This document shows positions 13,900-27,084 of a DNA stretch of 64,000 nt, in pieces. This DNA comes from Eledone cirrhosa. Lineage: Eukaryota. Position numbers and translations under genes: made by a program. How positions within the stretch are numbered: the stretch's first letter is position 1; each line of letters opens with the position of its first letter. The notes under the pieces were generated by a model. The model was not told the DNA's origin. It ran no database searches and saw only the letters and a program-made list of their open reading frames with translations. Location of the stretch: NCBI GenBank assembly GCA_964016885.1, contig OZ024742.1, positions 71,610,001-71,674,000 on the forward strand, given 5' to 3'.

Positions 13900-13930
<31 letters not shown>

Positions 13931-13943
13931 GTATATATATATG

Positions 13944-14038
<95 letters not shown>

Positions 14039-14049
14039 GTATATATATG

Positions 14050-14082
<33 letters not shown>

Positions 14083-14087
14083 GTATG

Positions 14088-14140
<53 letters not shown>

Positions 14141-14145
14141 GTATG

Positions 14146-14198
<53 letters not shown>

Positions 14199-14219
14199 GT
14201 ATATATATATGTGTATATA

Positions 14220-14314
<95 letters not shown>

Positions 14315-14327
14315 GTATATATATATA

Positions 14328-14660
14328 TGGCTTAGTGGTTAGAGCATTTGCCTTGCAATCGAAAGGTTGTGAGTTCAATTCTCAGACCGGGTGATGTGTT
14401 GTTTCCTTCAGCAAGACACTTTATTTCACATTGCTCCAGTTTACTCAGCTGTAGAAATGAGATGATAAGGACTGGGGTCCCTATCATTCCACTGTAAAGT
14501 GGTCGTGGAGGTGCCACGGCAAAAAAGCACCCAGCACTCACTGTAAATGAGGTTGGTGTTAGGAAGGGCGTCCAGCTGTAGAAATCAAGCCAGAATCAGT
14601 TCCCGTCCCACCCTTGCAAGCAGGGAAAAAGCGGACGTAAAATGAAATGAAATGAAATGA
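14328..14660 (+). mobile_element. Young tRNA-derived SINE (tRNA head, CORE-like domain, RTE-derived tail)
   Basis: Box A tggcttagtgg, box B gagttcaattc; tail gcagggaaaaagcggacgtaaaatgaaatga; near-identical inverted copy at 54165-54500. Confidence 0.85.
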
Positions 14661-14685
14661 AAATGAATATATATATATGTATATA

Positions 14686-17343
14686 TCATCATCATCATCA
14701 TCATCGTTTAACGTCCATGTTCCACGCTTGCATGGGTTTGGACGAGAGTTTTCCCACTTGAGGCAAGAGTGGTTGTCTTGCTCGCATAGGACTGTCTGGC
14801 GGGTTTTCTACAGCTGGATGCCCTTCCTAACACCAAGCACATTTACAGTGTGGAACTGGGAGGTTTTTACCGTGTTGCCTACACGGCCACATTACAGCAT
14901 GGACTGTGTGTTTTTTTGTCGTGACACCTACACGATCTCATTTGTTTCGGCCTGGATGTTGTGGCACCAACATAACTTTACATTGAAAGGGGCGGTGTGG
15001 ATGGAATGGGGTGTATTTTGTTAGAGATGCCTACTGCCTGTAGTAGGTTTTACTTTGTATTTAGGTAAGGCGGGTCTTCTCTATTACTGAGTACTGCCAA
15101 AGATCTCGGTCCAGTGACATTGTCTTGGAGAGGTGTAAGTGTGTGAGGTCGGAATTTATCAGGTCGTCCCAGGTTTTTCTGGGTCTGCCTACTCCGTGAC
15201 TACCGTCTATCTTTATTGCCCTGCACTTTTTTTATACAGCTGTCGTCTTTCATGCGCATCACGTGACCATACCAACGTAGCCTTCTCTCGAGTAAACAAC
15301 ATCTGATCCCTCTTATTTCTAATTTTTCCCTTAGTTCGTTTATGCTTTGCCGTTCGCGTATATTACTATTACACATCCAGCAGAGCATGCAAGCTTCGTT
15401 CCTCTCTAGTCTGCGTATATCCTCTGCACACAATGCCCAGGTCTCACTGCCATGCAACATTGCTGTTCGTATGCAGGCATCATACAGCCTGCCTTTCATT
15501 TTTAGGGAGAACCCTTTAGCGGCTAATAGTGGTATAAGCTCTCTGAACTTTTTCCATCCAGTTCTGACTCTAGCTACTGTACTTTCAGAGCACCCTCCCC
15601 CACTGCTGATTTTGTCACCCAGGTAACGGAAGCTGTCCACTATTTCTATAGAACCCTCTGCGCAATTGAAAGAGCTAGTATTTTGTGGGCACTTGCTGCT
15701 ACTTATTGCACCACAGCACCGGCCACATGTAAAATCTGTGTTCTTAGTTAGCTTACCTGTGATCCCACTACATCTTTTATGCACCCATATTTTGCATTTG
15801 GGACATAAAATGGAGTTTCTACCTACCCCTTTCCTACACACTGAGCATGGCCATTTCCCGGAAGGGACCGGCGCCTTATTTTCTTTCCTACAAACTAGAA
15901 CTTTAGTCTTAGCCAGGTTAATTTTAAGGCCTTTTGATTCTAGGCCGTGCTTCCATGTTTGGAATTTCTTCTCTAGCTCGGCCATTGATTCAGCTATGAG
16001 CGTTAGATCATCTGCGTATAGGAGTTCCCATGGGCAGCCGGTCTTGAACTCCACTGTTATAGCCTGAAGGGCAATAATAAATAGTAGGGGGCTAAGAACA
16101 GAGCCCTGATGAACACCAACTTTTACGCTAAACTCTTCACTATATTCGTTGTTAATTCTAACCTCGCTGACTGTTTCTTTATACATGGCTTGTATAGTTC
16201 TCACAAGCCATTCGTCAACACCTAGTTTTCTAAGAGCCCACCAGATAATGGAATGGGGAACTCTGTCGAAGGCTTTCTCCAAGTCGACAAAAGCTAAGTA
16301 TAGGGGTTTACTTTTAGCTAGGTACTTCTGTAGTTGTCGTACAATGAAAAGAGCATCTGTGGTACTTTTGCCTGATACAAACCCGAACTGCATTTCATCT
16401 AGATCAATTCTCTCTCTGATTAGTTGCGCTATTACTTTTTCCGTGACCTTCATGACCTGGTCGATTAATTTAATGCCTCTATAGTTACTCCTATCTAGGG
16501 CGTCTCCTTTACCCTTGTAGCAGTTAATGATGATGCTGCTACGCCAGTCCTTTGGAACAACCCTATTCTGTATGACTCGGTTTACTATCCGGGTGACCAT
16601 GGTGTGTCCTACCGTTCCAGAGGCTTTCAGCATCTCAGCAACTATTTCCGAAGGCCTAGCCGCCTTACCCGTCTTCATATCTTTCATTGCCTTACTTATT
16701 ATACTACCTTCGACTAACACTGCTGGTCCCTCTAATGGGTCGATGTGGGGGAGACTGTCTTTCTCCCATTTATTCTCCTCATTTAGTAGCCTTTCGTAGT
16801 GACACTTCCAAGCTACCTTCTTATCAGCGTCAGTGATGGCAAGTACGCCATCATCATTAAGTACACACTTCTCCCCCGACAATATCACGGTTTTCCTTGA
16901 CACATTGCCTAGCAATCCTGAACACCTCACGTTTTTGGTCCTCGCGTTGTAGAACATGCTTGAACTTTCTTTCCTCTGCTTCCCTTCTTGCGAAGTACAC
17001 TTGTCTCCTAGCTTCCCTCCTGGCCACTTGATAGTCTTCTCTACTTCCCCCATCCCGCCATACTTTCCAAGCCTGCTTTTTGGCCTTAATTGACTCCTCC
17101 ACCTTACTGTTCCACTACCATGTTACTCTCCTCCTGCCGACAGGCCTGCTCCAGCCACAGACTTCGTCTGCCGCCATCAACAGGTTTGCTTTCAGGAATT
17201 CCCACTGTTCCTCTATATTGTACGACTCTAATTGCTCTTCCTTACTGTCGAAAGCATCAAGTAATATGCTTTTAAATTTATTTCTGGCTGTAGGGTCCTT
17301 TAGCTTCCATATTTTTCTCCTGAGGATAGTCCTCTTCTGCTGT
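14686..17343 (-). mobile_element. RTE-clade LINE, 5'-truncated, disrupted
   Basis: RT motifs VDLEKAFDRV, GVHQGSVLSP, YADD; PHD-like finger; stop near 17115, frameshifts near 16870 and 15225; 3' UTR and (ATG)n tail. Confidence 0.92.
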
Positions 17344-17354
17344 CTATACATATG

Positions 17355-17385
<31 letters not shown>

Positions 17386-17463
17386 GTGTGTATATATATA
17401 TATGTATATATATGTGTGTATATATATATATATGTATATATATATGTATATATATATGTATAT

Positions 17464-20400
17464 ATCATCATCATCATCATCATCATCACCGTTTTACGTC
17501 CGTTCTTCCACGCTAGCATGGGTTAGACGGGTTGTCCTGTTGTGGGCAGTGTCTGGTCGGCTGACCATGCCTTGCTCATACAGGAACTGATCTGGCTTGA
17601 TTTCTACAGCTGGATGCCCTTCCTAACACCAACCTCATTTACAGTGAGTGCTGGGTGCTTTTTCGTGGCGCCTACACGTCCACTTTACAGTGTGGGCTGG
17701 GTGCTTTTTTGCCGTGGCACCTCCACGACCACCTTGCGGTGGGGGGGGGGGGCATATTGTTTATATGCTTCAGCATGTACCCATGGGAGGTCGGGTACCC
17801 TGTATTACTGCGTGACGCCAGAAGTCACGGTCGTGTGTCATTGACTTTGAGAGGTGTAGTTGGGTAAGGTCGGCTTTTATCACCTCATCCCAAGTCATCT
17901 TGGGTCTCCCCACTCCGCGGTTTCCATCAACTTCTAGTGCTCTGCACCTTTTTATGCAGCTGTCATCCTTCATACGCATCACATGTCCATACCAGCGTAA
18001 CCGCCTCTCCTGCACGCAGCATTTGATTCCTCTTATGCTCAGTCTCTCTCTCAATTCCTTTATGCTTTGTCGTTCACGTATATTACTGTTACACATCCAT
18101 CGGAGCATGCAGGCTTCGTTTCTCTCTAATCTACGTAAGTCTTCCACCTTCAGCGCCCAGGTCTCACTACCATGCAACATCGCTGTTCGGATACACGCAT
18201 CATACAGTCTGCCTTTCATTCTGAGGGAGAAGCCTTTTGCAGCTAGCAGTGGTAGTAGTTCCCTAAACTTCTTCCATCCCGTTCTTACCCTAGTTATTGT
18301 ACTTTCTGAGCACCCACCTCCGTTGCTAATTCGGTCACCTAGGTAGCAGAAGCTGTCTACTGTTTCTACAGGGCCCTCCCAGAGATTGGTGGTACTTGTT
18401 TCCTGTGGCTGTTTGCTTGCTGTTTCAGCACAGCTGCTGCATGTGAATCCTACATTCTTAATTAAGCTTCCTGAGATCCCGCTACATCTCTTGTGTACCC
18501 ATTGTTTGCATTTGGGGCAAAGAATGGAGTTCCTACCTACACCTTTCCTACATACTGAGCAAGGCCATTTCCCTGAGGGGATCTGGGTTCTGTTTTCTCG
18601 TCTACTTATAAGGACCTTAGTCTTTGTCATGTTGACTTTGAGGCCCTTTCTCTCTAGTCCCTGCTTCCAGGTTTGGAATTTATTCTCTAGTTCTACCATA
18701 GATTCAGCTATGAGTGCGAGGTCATCAGCATACAGGAGTTCCCATGGGCATCCGGTCTTAAACTCCTCCGTTATTGCCTGCAGGACTATGATGAACAGGA
18801 GAGGGCTAAGAACAGAGCCCTGGTGGACCCCAACCTGTACGCTAAATTCCTCGCTATACTCATTGCCAATCCTAACTTTGCTGACTGCTCCCCTATACAT
18901 GGCTTGTACCGCTTTCACAAGCCATTCATCTACTCCTAGTTTTCTAAGAGCCCACCAGATTACTGCACGTGGAACTCTGTCAAAGGCTTTCTCAAGGTCG
19001 ACAAATGCCAAGTAGAGTGGCTTACTTTTAGCTAGGTACTTTTCCTGTAATTGCCTCACAAGGAAGAGCGCATCAGTGGTGCCTTTCCCTGGTACAAACC
19101 CAAATTGCATCTCGTCTATATTCACCCGGTCCCTAATCAGCTGTGCTATAACTCTTTCTGTTACTTTCATGACCTGGTCCATCAACTTTATACCTCTATA
19201 GTTTCCTCTATCTAGTGCATCGCCTTTACCTTTGTAGCAGTTGACAATGATGCTACTGCACCAATCTTTTGGTATGGCCCCCTCTAGTATTACCTGGTTA
19301 ACGATACGTGTGGTTATAGTGTGACCTACAGACCCAGATGCCTTCAGCATCTCGGCAGCTATACCCGATGGACCGGTTGCCTTCCCTATCTTCATATCTC
19401 TGATTGCCTTACTTACTACGCTGCCGCTGACTTGTACTGCTGGTCCCTCTATAGGGTCTACGTGGGGTAGGGTCTCTTCTTCCCATGCATTCTCCTCATT
19501 TAGTAATCTATCATAATGACTCTTCCATGCATCTTTCTTCTCAGCACTTGTGAGGGCAAGCTCACCTTTATCATTCCGGATACACTTCTCTCCAATGACA
19601 TCACAACTATCTCTGACACACTGCCTCGCAATCTTGAATACCTCCTGTTTCTGGTCCTCACGTTGTAAAACATGCTTGAATTTTCTATCCTCTGCTTCCC
19701 TCCTAGCTAAGTATACTTGTCGCCTAGCTTCCCTCTTGGTCTCTATGTAATGTACCCTGCTCCCCCCGTTCTTCCATTCTTTCCATGCCTGTCTCTTGGC
19801 CTTGACTGCTTCATCTACCTTATTGTTCCACCACCAAGTCACTCTCCTCCTGCTTGAGGTCTTACTCCAGCCACAAACCTCATCCGTCGCCTCTAGTAAG
19901 TTATTTTTTAGGAACTCCCAGTTCTCTTCTACGTTAAATGTCTCTATCTGTTCTTCTTTACTGTCGTAGGCGTTGAGTAAAATATCTTTAAATCTGTTAC
20001 TGGTTGAGGGGACTTTCAGCTTCCAGATCTTTCTTCTCCAGGTTGGCCTCTGTTTCAGGGCTCGTCTAGTTCTGACCGTGAGGTCGCTGACAACTAAGCT
20101 ATGTTGGGATGTACATTCCTCACTAGGGAAGGCTTTTGTGTTTACGACCGTCCATCTGTCACGTCCTCTGATGAGGATAAAATCTAACTGACTAGAGTGC
20201 TCCCCTGATCTATAGGTGATCAGGTGGTTGTCGGGTTTTTTAAAGTTTGTGTTACATATCGACATGTCATTGGCGTCGCAGAATTCTAGAAGTCTGAATC
20301 CTTCCTCATTCCTTGTGCCAACTCCATGGCCTCCATGTACTCTATTGAAGCCGTCGCAGTGTTTACCTACGTGTCCGTTAAAATCTCCTGCAATGATTAG

Positions 20401-20734
20401 GAAGTCCTTGTCATCTGTTAGAGCAGTAGTGTGTATTAGGGACTCGTAAAACCTATCCTTAAGTTCGTCTGGCAGCCCCGATTGGGGTGCGTAAGCTGAT
20501 ATTATTGTGGTAATTGTCTTATTCAGGACTAGTCTGAGTTTAATGATTCTTGCATTTACCCTGTACACTGAGATTACTTTATCTACCCACTTGTCAGCTA
20601 ATAGTATACCTACACCACCCATCCCATCGTCATTTCCCACCCAGAAAAATTTGTAGCACTGGCTTTTTCCTACAAGGACTCTAGCAGACCCTCCTCTCCA
20701 TCTAGTCTCTTGCACACAGCATACATCAACTTCC
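17464..20734 (-). mobile_element. Near full-length RTE-clade LINE with an uninterrupted ORF (17770-20715): APE endonuclease, RT and PHD-like finger
   Basis: APE motifs QET, SAYAPQ, GDFNGH, LDFIL, SQH; RT motifs DLEKAFD, QGSVLSP, YADD, YLG; 3' UTR 17490-17770 ends in (ATG)n; the N-terminal part of the APE domain is lost at the (TA)n tract. Confidence 0.95.
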
Positions 20735-20826
20735 TATATATGTATATATATATATGTGTGTATATATATATATGTGTGTATATATATATATGTGTGTGTA
20801 TATATATGTGTGTATATATATATGTG

Positions 20827-20883
<57 letters not shown>

Positions 20884-20916
20884 ATATATATATATATGTG
20901 TGTGTGTATATATATA

Positions 20917-20956
<40 letters not shown>

Positions 20957-21350
20957 CAAGGGTGATCCCAAAAGTAAGGTCTCCAAAGCTTTGGGGACAC
21001 AGAGAAACTGTTCGTATGGCTGTTGGCAACACTGTTGTGGTTGGTGCTTCCTTCACTCCCAAACAAGCATGCGCGCGCTTCGCTGGGATGCTCAATCTTG
21101 GCTTGGCAGCCGTTGAGAATGGAGCTCCTGTTGAACGCTACCGCCAAGTGCGAATTTTGCGCAGTTATTATATACGAGGGCAATCCTAAAAGTAAGGTCT
21201 CCTTCCGAGGAAAACATGCGTAAAGATCGGCGGATCACTCTGGATGCTCTCTGCATTTTGGTTCCTGAGGTTTCCCGAAGCACTATCCACAGGATTTTAA
21301 CGGAAAAGTTGCAATATCGGAAAGAGACCTTACTTTTGGGATTGCCCTCG
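20957..21350 (+). mobile_element. Mariner-derived miniature elements with three TIR copies
   Basis: TIR cgagggcaatcccaaaagtaaggtctc at 20957(+), 21175(+) and 21324-21350(-), TA-flanked; interiors encode [17 protein letters not shown] and [15 protein letters not shown]...SRSTIHRILTEKL (transposase HTH pieces). Confidence 0.8.
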
Positions 21351-21374
21351 TATATATATATATGTATATATTTC

Positions 21375-22726
21375 AGACACGGATGACCAACATAATTCCG
21401 TCTCCCACACCCTTCCCTGCCCCTCCAACCCATCCTCCCAACTTCAGAGTTGGTACCATGAATGTAGGCACATCGAAAGGTCGCTCAAATGAGGTTGTAG
21501 AGATGCTTGAACGTAAGGAAGTTGATGTTTGTTGTATTCAAGAGACCTGGTGGAGAGGGGGGGTCTACCAGATTCATCGTGGGTAAAAAATGATGCTATA
21601 AACTTTTCTGGGTGGGAAATGACAACGGACAGGGTGGTGTAGGAATTATGTTAGCTGAAAAATGGTAGATAAGGTAATTGATGTAAATAGAGTGAATGAC
21701 AGAATAATTAAAATAAGACTAGTTCTAAATAGAACTACTGTGACAATAATATCCGCTTATGCACCCCAATCTGGTCTACCTGACATTATAAAGGACAGGT
21801 TGTATGAGACGCTAATGCACACTACCTCCTAAATAACCGATAGTGACTACTTAATTATTGGTGGCGACCTAAACGGTCACGTTGGACAACATAGTGATGG
21901 CTATGATGGAATCCATGGAGGCTATGGGGTTGGAAATAGAAATGAGGATGGCTTCAGAATCCTGGAATTCTGTGACGCTAATAACATAACTATCTGTAAC
22001 ACAAACTTCAAAAAACGAGAAAACTACTTGATCACCTATAGGTCAGGGTAACACGCCAGCCAGATAGATTATATCCTTACCAGAAGACGTGACAAAGTGT
22101 CTGTTGTAAACACTAAATCCCTCCCCCATGAAGAATGCACCTCCCAACATAGCCTAGTAGTTAGTGACCTCATAGTCAGGAATAGACATACTCGACAACA
22201 GAGGAGAAGAATATGGAAGTTGAAGGACTCTATAGGCAGTGACAAATTTAAAAGCTTATTACTTGATGCCTTTGACAATAAGGAAGAGCAATTAGAGACG
22301 TACAATATAGAGGAACAGTGGGAATTCCTGAAAGTTAGCCTGCTGAAGGCGACAAATGAAATCTGTGGCTGGAGCAGACCTATAGGCAGGAGGAGAGTAA
22401 CTTGGTGGTGGAACAGTAAGGTGAAGTCAATCAAGGCCAAAAAGCAGGCTTGGAAAGTATGGCAGGATGGGAGAAGTAGAGAACACTATCAAGTGGCCAG
22501 GAGGGAAGCTAGGAGACAAGTATACTTTGCAAGAAGGGAAGCAGAAGAAAGAAAGTTCAAGGATGTTCTACAACGTGAGGACCAAAAACGTGAGGTGTTT
22601 AGGATTGCTAGGCAATGTGTCAAGGAAAAGTTAGATGCACTAGATAGAGGAAACTATAGAGGCATTAAATTAATTGACCAGGTCATGAAGGTCACAGAAA
22701 AAGTTATAGCGCAACTAATCAGAGAG
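21375..22726 (+). mobile_element. RTE LINE 5' half (APE domain), disrupted, opposite orientation to its neighbours
   Basis: FRVGTMNVGT...DVCCIQET, SAYAPQ, GDLNGH, SQHSLV; stops and frameshifts; internal deletion near 22630; cut at 22726 by the Penelope insertion. Confidence 0.9.
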
Positions 22727-24271
22727 CGGTTGATGAAGTGTTGGATGTGTCTTTCCATTTCTGTTGGGTCGCACATGCGGGACACGTTCTTCATCACTCG
22801 TACCAAGTCTGCGATCAGAATATTAAACTTAGCACTACTGGACATTGCTGAGTTTTTGAGTATCAGGTATTTGGAGGCCATGGGTTTAGCGTAGTGTGAG
22901 TGGAGAATTTGGGCCCTCTCGTCTATAGTGTTAATCCAGAGTTCCGTGTCTAATACAGGTAGTCTATTGTTAGGGTGTTTGGAAGGGTAGTCAATAGTTA
23001 CAGTTATACTCTGGTGTATGCAGTTAGCTATCTGATGGATGCTTTCCATTGTGCTACATTCTAACTCATATTCGTTAGTACTCTCTTGTGGGGGTGTCCT
23101 TATTACTATATTAATATCATCTACGTAACGAGAGTACATGATGAGGTCTATGGAGCTATCTTCAAGGAGATCTTTGAGTCTCCTTTCCCACCATACCATA
23201 AAAAGGTTGGCAACATCACCAGCTTTGCTGACGCCAATGGCTGCTCCCTCATTTTGGGTGTAGCTCTTTTCGTTGAATTTGCATATATGGCCCTTAAGGG
23301 TAGTTTTAATACTAGCCCCTATTGCATGCGCGACCATTTTTTTACCCGATCATTGCTTTTGGGTGTCTGTATGGCTTTGGTCCACCCATCCATGGGAGTC
23401 TTTTTTACCATTGAGGTTATGGTGGTCTGTCTACCAGGGCAGAAATGGCTAAGGTCATGGCTGTCTAGGTACTTGGTGTCATAGGTAAGTCTAAGTAGGA
23501 GATCCAGTTCATCTGTGTCGACGTCGCAGAACTCCACCTGACTCTCACTGATCATCTCCACGCATTTTTCCACAGCAAAATCAATGTTAATGGATGGGTA
23601 TAGTGATACCACGTCCATACTGCCTATTATGCAGTTAGATAGGTTTTTGTTTTTGTTGCACTCATTGATTCTGCTGAGGAGGTCCTCTGTACTGTCACAT
23701 ACATACATCTGGGGACATCTTGATTATGGGGCGTATAACCATTAAGAGGAAGTAGGAGATCCTGTAGTTGCTAGTGATATTGGCTCTGCATACAGGTCTT
23801 GTTGGTGGTCCTGTCGTCGACAGTCTTATGGTCTTTGTGGAGCTCATACAAGGGTGGTATGTCATTGTTAGACGCCTGCAAGTTGAGGATCTTCTCTCTC
23901 CCCTCATATGTTTGTTGTGTAATTTCGCCCATGTTGGTGATGTGGGGTTGCATAGCCTTGATGTAGTTCGGCATGTTGCCTATCGACATCCTACCAAATT
24001 TATCTGTGGGTAGACACTACCTCACCATGTGCGCTGCTTGAGGCTAACTAAGCCTTCTACTGGTTTCCTTCCAAGTTGTTGGACCTCTGGTCTGCTTTGT
24101 CTCTTAGTATATCGGTCTACTATTTGTCTAATTTTATTTCTAGCTATGGTGAACTGTGCCTCTGTCTCATCATCTATTTGTTGTGGTATACAAACTCTTT
24201 TATTAAAAGGTAACTTACTAGGATAAATTTTACTCATCTTATAAGTTTTGTCAGCTGGGTTGAAGAATAGT
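22726..24271 (-). mobile_element. Penelope-like element, inverted RT segment
   Basis: GSMDVVSLYPSI, QNEGAAIG, RYVDDI, LPVLD, HYAKP, ending at ERHIQHFINR; several frameshifts. Confidence 0.9.
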
Positions 24272-25520
24272 TGGAAAGACACATCCAACACTTCATCAAC
24301 CGCATGCAGTTCTCTGGCTACAACCAAAGAGTCAGAACCTGAGTATACAAAGGAGCATGGAGAAGTATAAGACCTTCATAGAACTGGACATGAAAGGAAT
24401 TTGCCCATTATACAGGAGCAAATCATGGAATAGCTTAGATAGGACTAAACATAAGATAGGGAAAGCCACCTGTTGGTACGTCAACCAGAGATACCAGAGT
24501 GTCATGTTTGTGGATGCTACCCCTGGAGAGAAATTAGCTAACCAATGTAGAACGGCCCTGAGAAAGACCCACTTAAAGATTAAAGTGGTAGAAAAGCCAG
24601 GAACTACCATAAAATCCCTGATCAGCAAAACACCCTTTTAAGAAAACCCACTGTACTAATAAGAAATGTGTTATATGTAAGGTGAACCCCCAGATAAACT
24701 GTAAAACTAGAAATGTAGTCTATAGCATAAGATGTACAGAGGGTACTTGCAGAAACATGACAACAACATACATAGGCGAGACAGCTCGTAGCATAGGTGA
24801 AAGGATAGACCAACACTGGGGGGAATTAAAAGGACAAAAAAACGGTTCAGTACTATACGAACACACCAGACAACAACATGACAGTAACATAGACAACATA
24901 GAAATTAAAATAATATCTAAACATAGAAATGACCCAGCAGGTAGGCAAATCAGAGAGGCAAGCGAAATAGAGCTTAGAAAGCCAAAGCTAAACAGAAAAA
25001 ATGAATGGAATAACAACAACACCCAAACAAACAATACTGACTTAAGAGAAATATAAATAAATAAATATATATATATGCAAGCACAATAACAACAAACACG
25101 TATAAACACACACTAATAAACTAAGATAGAATACAATAACCAAAACACAGTCACCGAAACGCGAACGCACACACCAAACACTATACACACACGCAAATGC
25201 ATGCGCAGAGAAGAAGGCAAAAATAAATAAATAAACAGATAAAATAAAAATGGTGTAGACATACAATACAACAGGAGGAAACATAATAGTACCACTGATG
25301 ATGTTGCAGATGTGCAACGAAAGAACTTTGTTAGACTATATATATGTATTTATATCTGTATTTTTGAACGTTGGTCAGTCAATGATAAACATTAATTGCC
25401 GAATGAATTAACTATGGAGATATAAAAGATACAGAAGCGAAAACCAATCAAACAATGAGTGTGTTCTGTTATTATTTCTGGCAATATTATTACAACAATA
25501 TGACCCTCCCCAAGTATAAC
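24272..25520 (+). mobile_element. Penelope-like element, forward 3' segment (thumb/linker, GIY-YIG endonuclease, terminal repeat)
   Basis: ERHIQHFINRMQFSGY...PLYRSKSW...NVVYSIRC...YIGETARS...RQIREASEI...LNRKNEW; hammerhead downstream. Confidence 0.9.
25286..25339 (+). ncRNA. Minimal type-I hammerhead ribozyme in the Penelope 3' repeat
   Basis: ATAGTACCA-CTGATGA-T-GTTGCA GATG TGCAAC-GAAA-GAACTT-TGTTAGACTAT; perfect 6-bp stem II, bulged stem I. Confidence 0.75.
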
Positions 25521-25521
25521 A

Positions 25522-25556
<35 letters not shown>

Positions 25557-25593
25557 AAATATAAAACAATCAAATTTTTGCTTAATGCATTTG

Positions 25594-25644
25594 ATTTCTG
25601 ATAATCGTTTCTTCCAGATAACTGTCTGGAATCATCAGAGCATA
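25594..25644 (-). ncRNA. Degenerate hammerhead motif
   Basis: Minus strand: GCT-CTGATGA-TTCCAGA CAGTTA TCTGGAA-GAAA-CGATTA-TC-AG; perfect 7-bp stem II; stem III looks like CpG-decayed CGATCG. Confidence 0.65.
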
Positions 25645-26226
25645 CACAATGTTTAAACAAGTAATTACATTCCTAGTCCTTAGAACATACATTAAGATAC
25701 ATTATTATAAACGGTGTCAGTGATATCATATTGAAAAGCAAGCGTAACAAGATGATATTATAGTGAAAATAGAAAAATATTGGGAGCTGTTATAGACAGG
25801 AAGAGCATCCAGCCATAGAAATCTTGCCAAACAAAGGATTGGCAGGACCCTCAGTTGTGTCAAAGACACGACAACCTCTCCTGTGAAGTATTGACCCTAT
25901 ATAAGCAAGACACAGATCCTGGCCTGCCTGGGAGATCAGTAGCTTTGCTTCACTACTGACTTGGTCTATGTAGACCAATCCAACTCTTACTAGCGAGGAA
26001 AGCAGGCATTAAAATGACAAATGATGGTGATGATATATACTTATATATCAATATTTATAGTTAAGAAGTTCAGTTTTCCACCATGTTGTTCCTGGTTTTC
26101 TGCCACATTAATATGTAAGAAGGGTGGGGGGCAGCTAGGTATAGAGAGGGGAGAGAAAAAGAGAGTTCTTAGTTGTCATTGACTATTCAATGTAATATCT
26201 ATAATGATTTCATATCTATGTTTCAG

Positions 26227-26402
26227 GCCCAAGTGCTCCAAATATTTTGAACCTGACTGTGCTATCGCCCACCAGTATCCATGTCCAGTGGGATATGCCT
26301 GAGGTGGTATACAAGGACATTGATGGCTATCTCATCCAGCTCACCCGCCTCGACAGAAACTCCATCCAAGCTATCAACAAAATAGCCAACACTGAAAGCG
26401 AG
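26227..26402 (+). CDS. Ptp99A: Ptp99A-like exon e; first half of FN3 repeat 3
   Basis: tttcag| ... |gtaaga; GPSAPNILNLTVLSPTSIHVQWDMPEVVYKDIDGYLIQLTRLDRNSIQAINKIANTESE; phase 1 to phase 0. Confidence 0.9.
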
Positions 26403-26900
26403 GTAAGATTTGTATAATATTACTGTATTAATGTTTAACTCCATTCTTGCATTAGCCACAGGATACCACATCTACTATGAATGATTTGCATAACATTGAG
26501 TGCTTTAACTTTATTACATCATGATTTGTTAACCGGAATGAACAGATTTAACCACGCAACATGTATTTGGATCTATGTATACATATGTGCATCACCATCA
26601 TCATCATCATCACCCTAGCATGGGTTAGACGGGTTGTCCTGTTGTGGGCAGTGTCCAGTGGGCTGACCTTGTCTTGCTCATACTGATTCTGGCATGATTT
26701 CTACAGCTGGATGTCCTAACACCAACTTCATTCACAGTGAGTGTTGGGTGCCTTTTTTTTCTGTGGCGCCTGCATGTCCACTTTACAGTGTAGGCTGGGT
26801 GCTTTTTTGCCACGACCACTTTGCAGAGGGGGGAGGGCATATTGCCTCTATGCTTCAGCTTCGGTTTGTACCTGTATATATACATACATATATATATATA

Positions 26901-26931
<31 letters not shown>

Positions 26932-27084
26932 CATCATCATCATCGTTTAACGTCCATTTTCCACGCTAGCATGGGTCTGGACGGGAATTGTCCCACTTGA
27001 GGCAAGATTGGTTGTCTTGCTCAGGACTGTCTGACGGGTTTTCTACGGCTGGATGCCCTTCCTAACACCAACCAGATATATACC

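Noticed and set aside
14328-14400. tRNA gene
   Set aside because: The tRNA-like part is a SINE head continuing into CORE-like and RTE tail sequence; no complete cloverleaf
15342-20449. Plus-strand ORFs overlapping the RTE elements
   Set aside because: Antisense shadows of the LINE ORFs with no domain signatures
22097-23337. Apparent RTE-Penelope fusion ORFs on both strands
   Set aside because: Chance read-through across the insertion junction at 22726; both parents are disrupted
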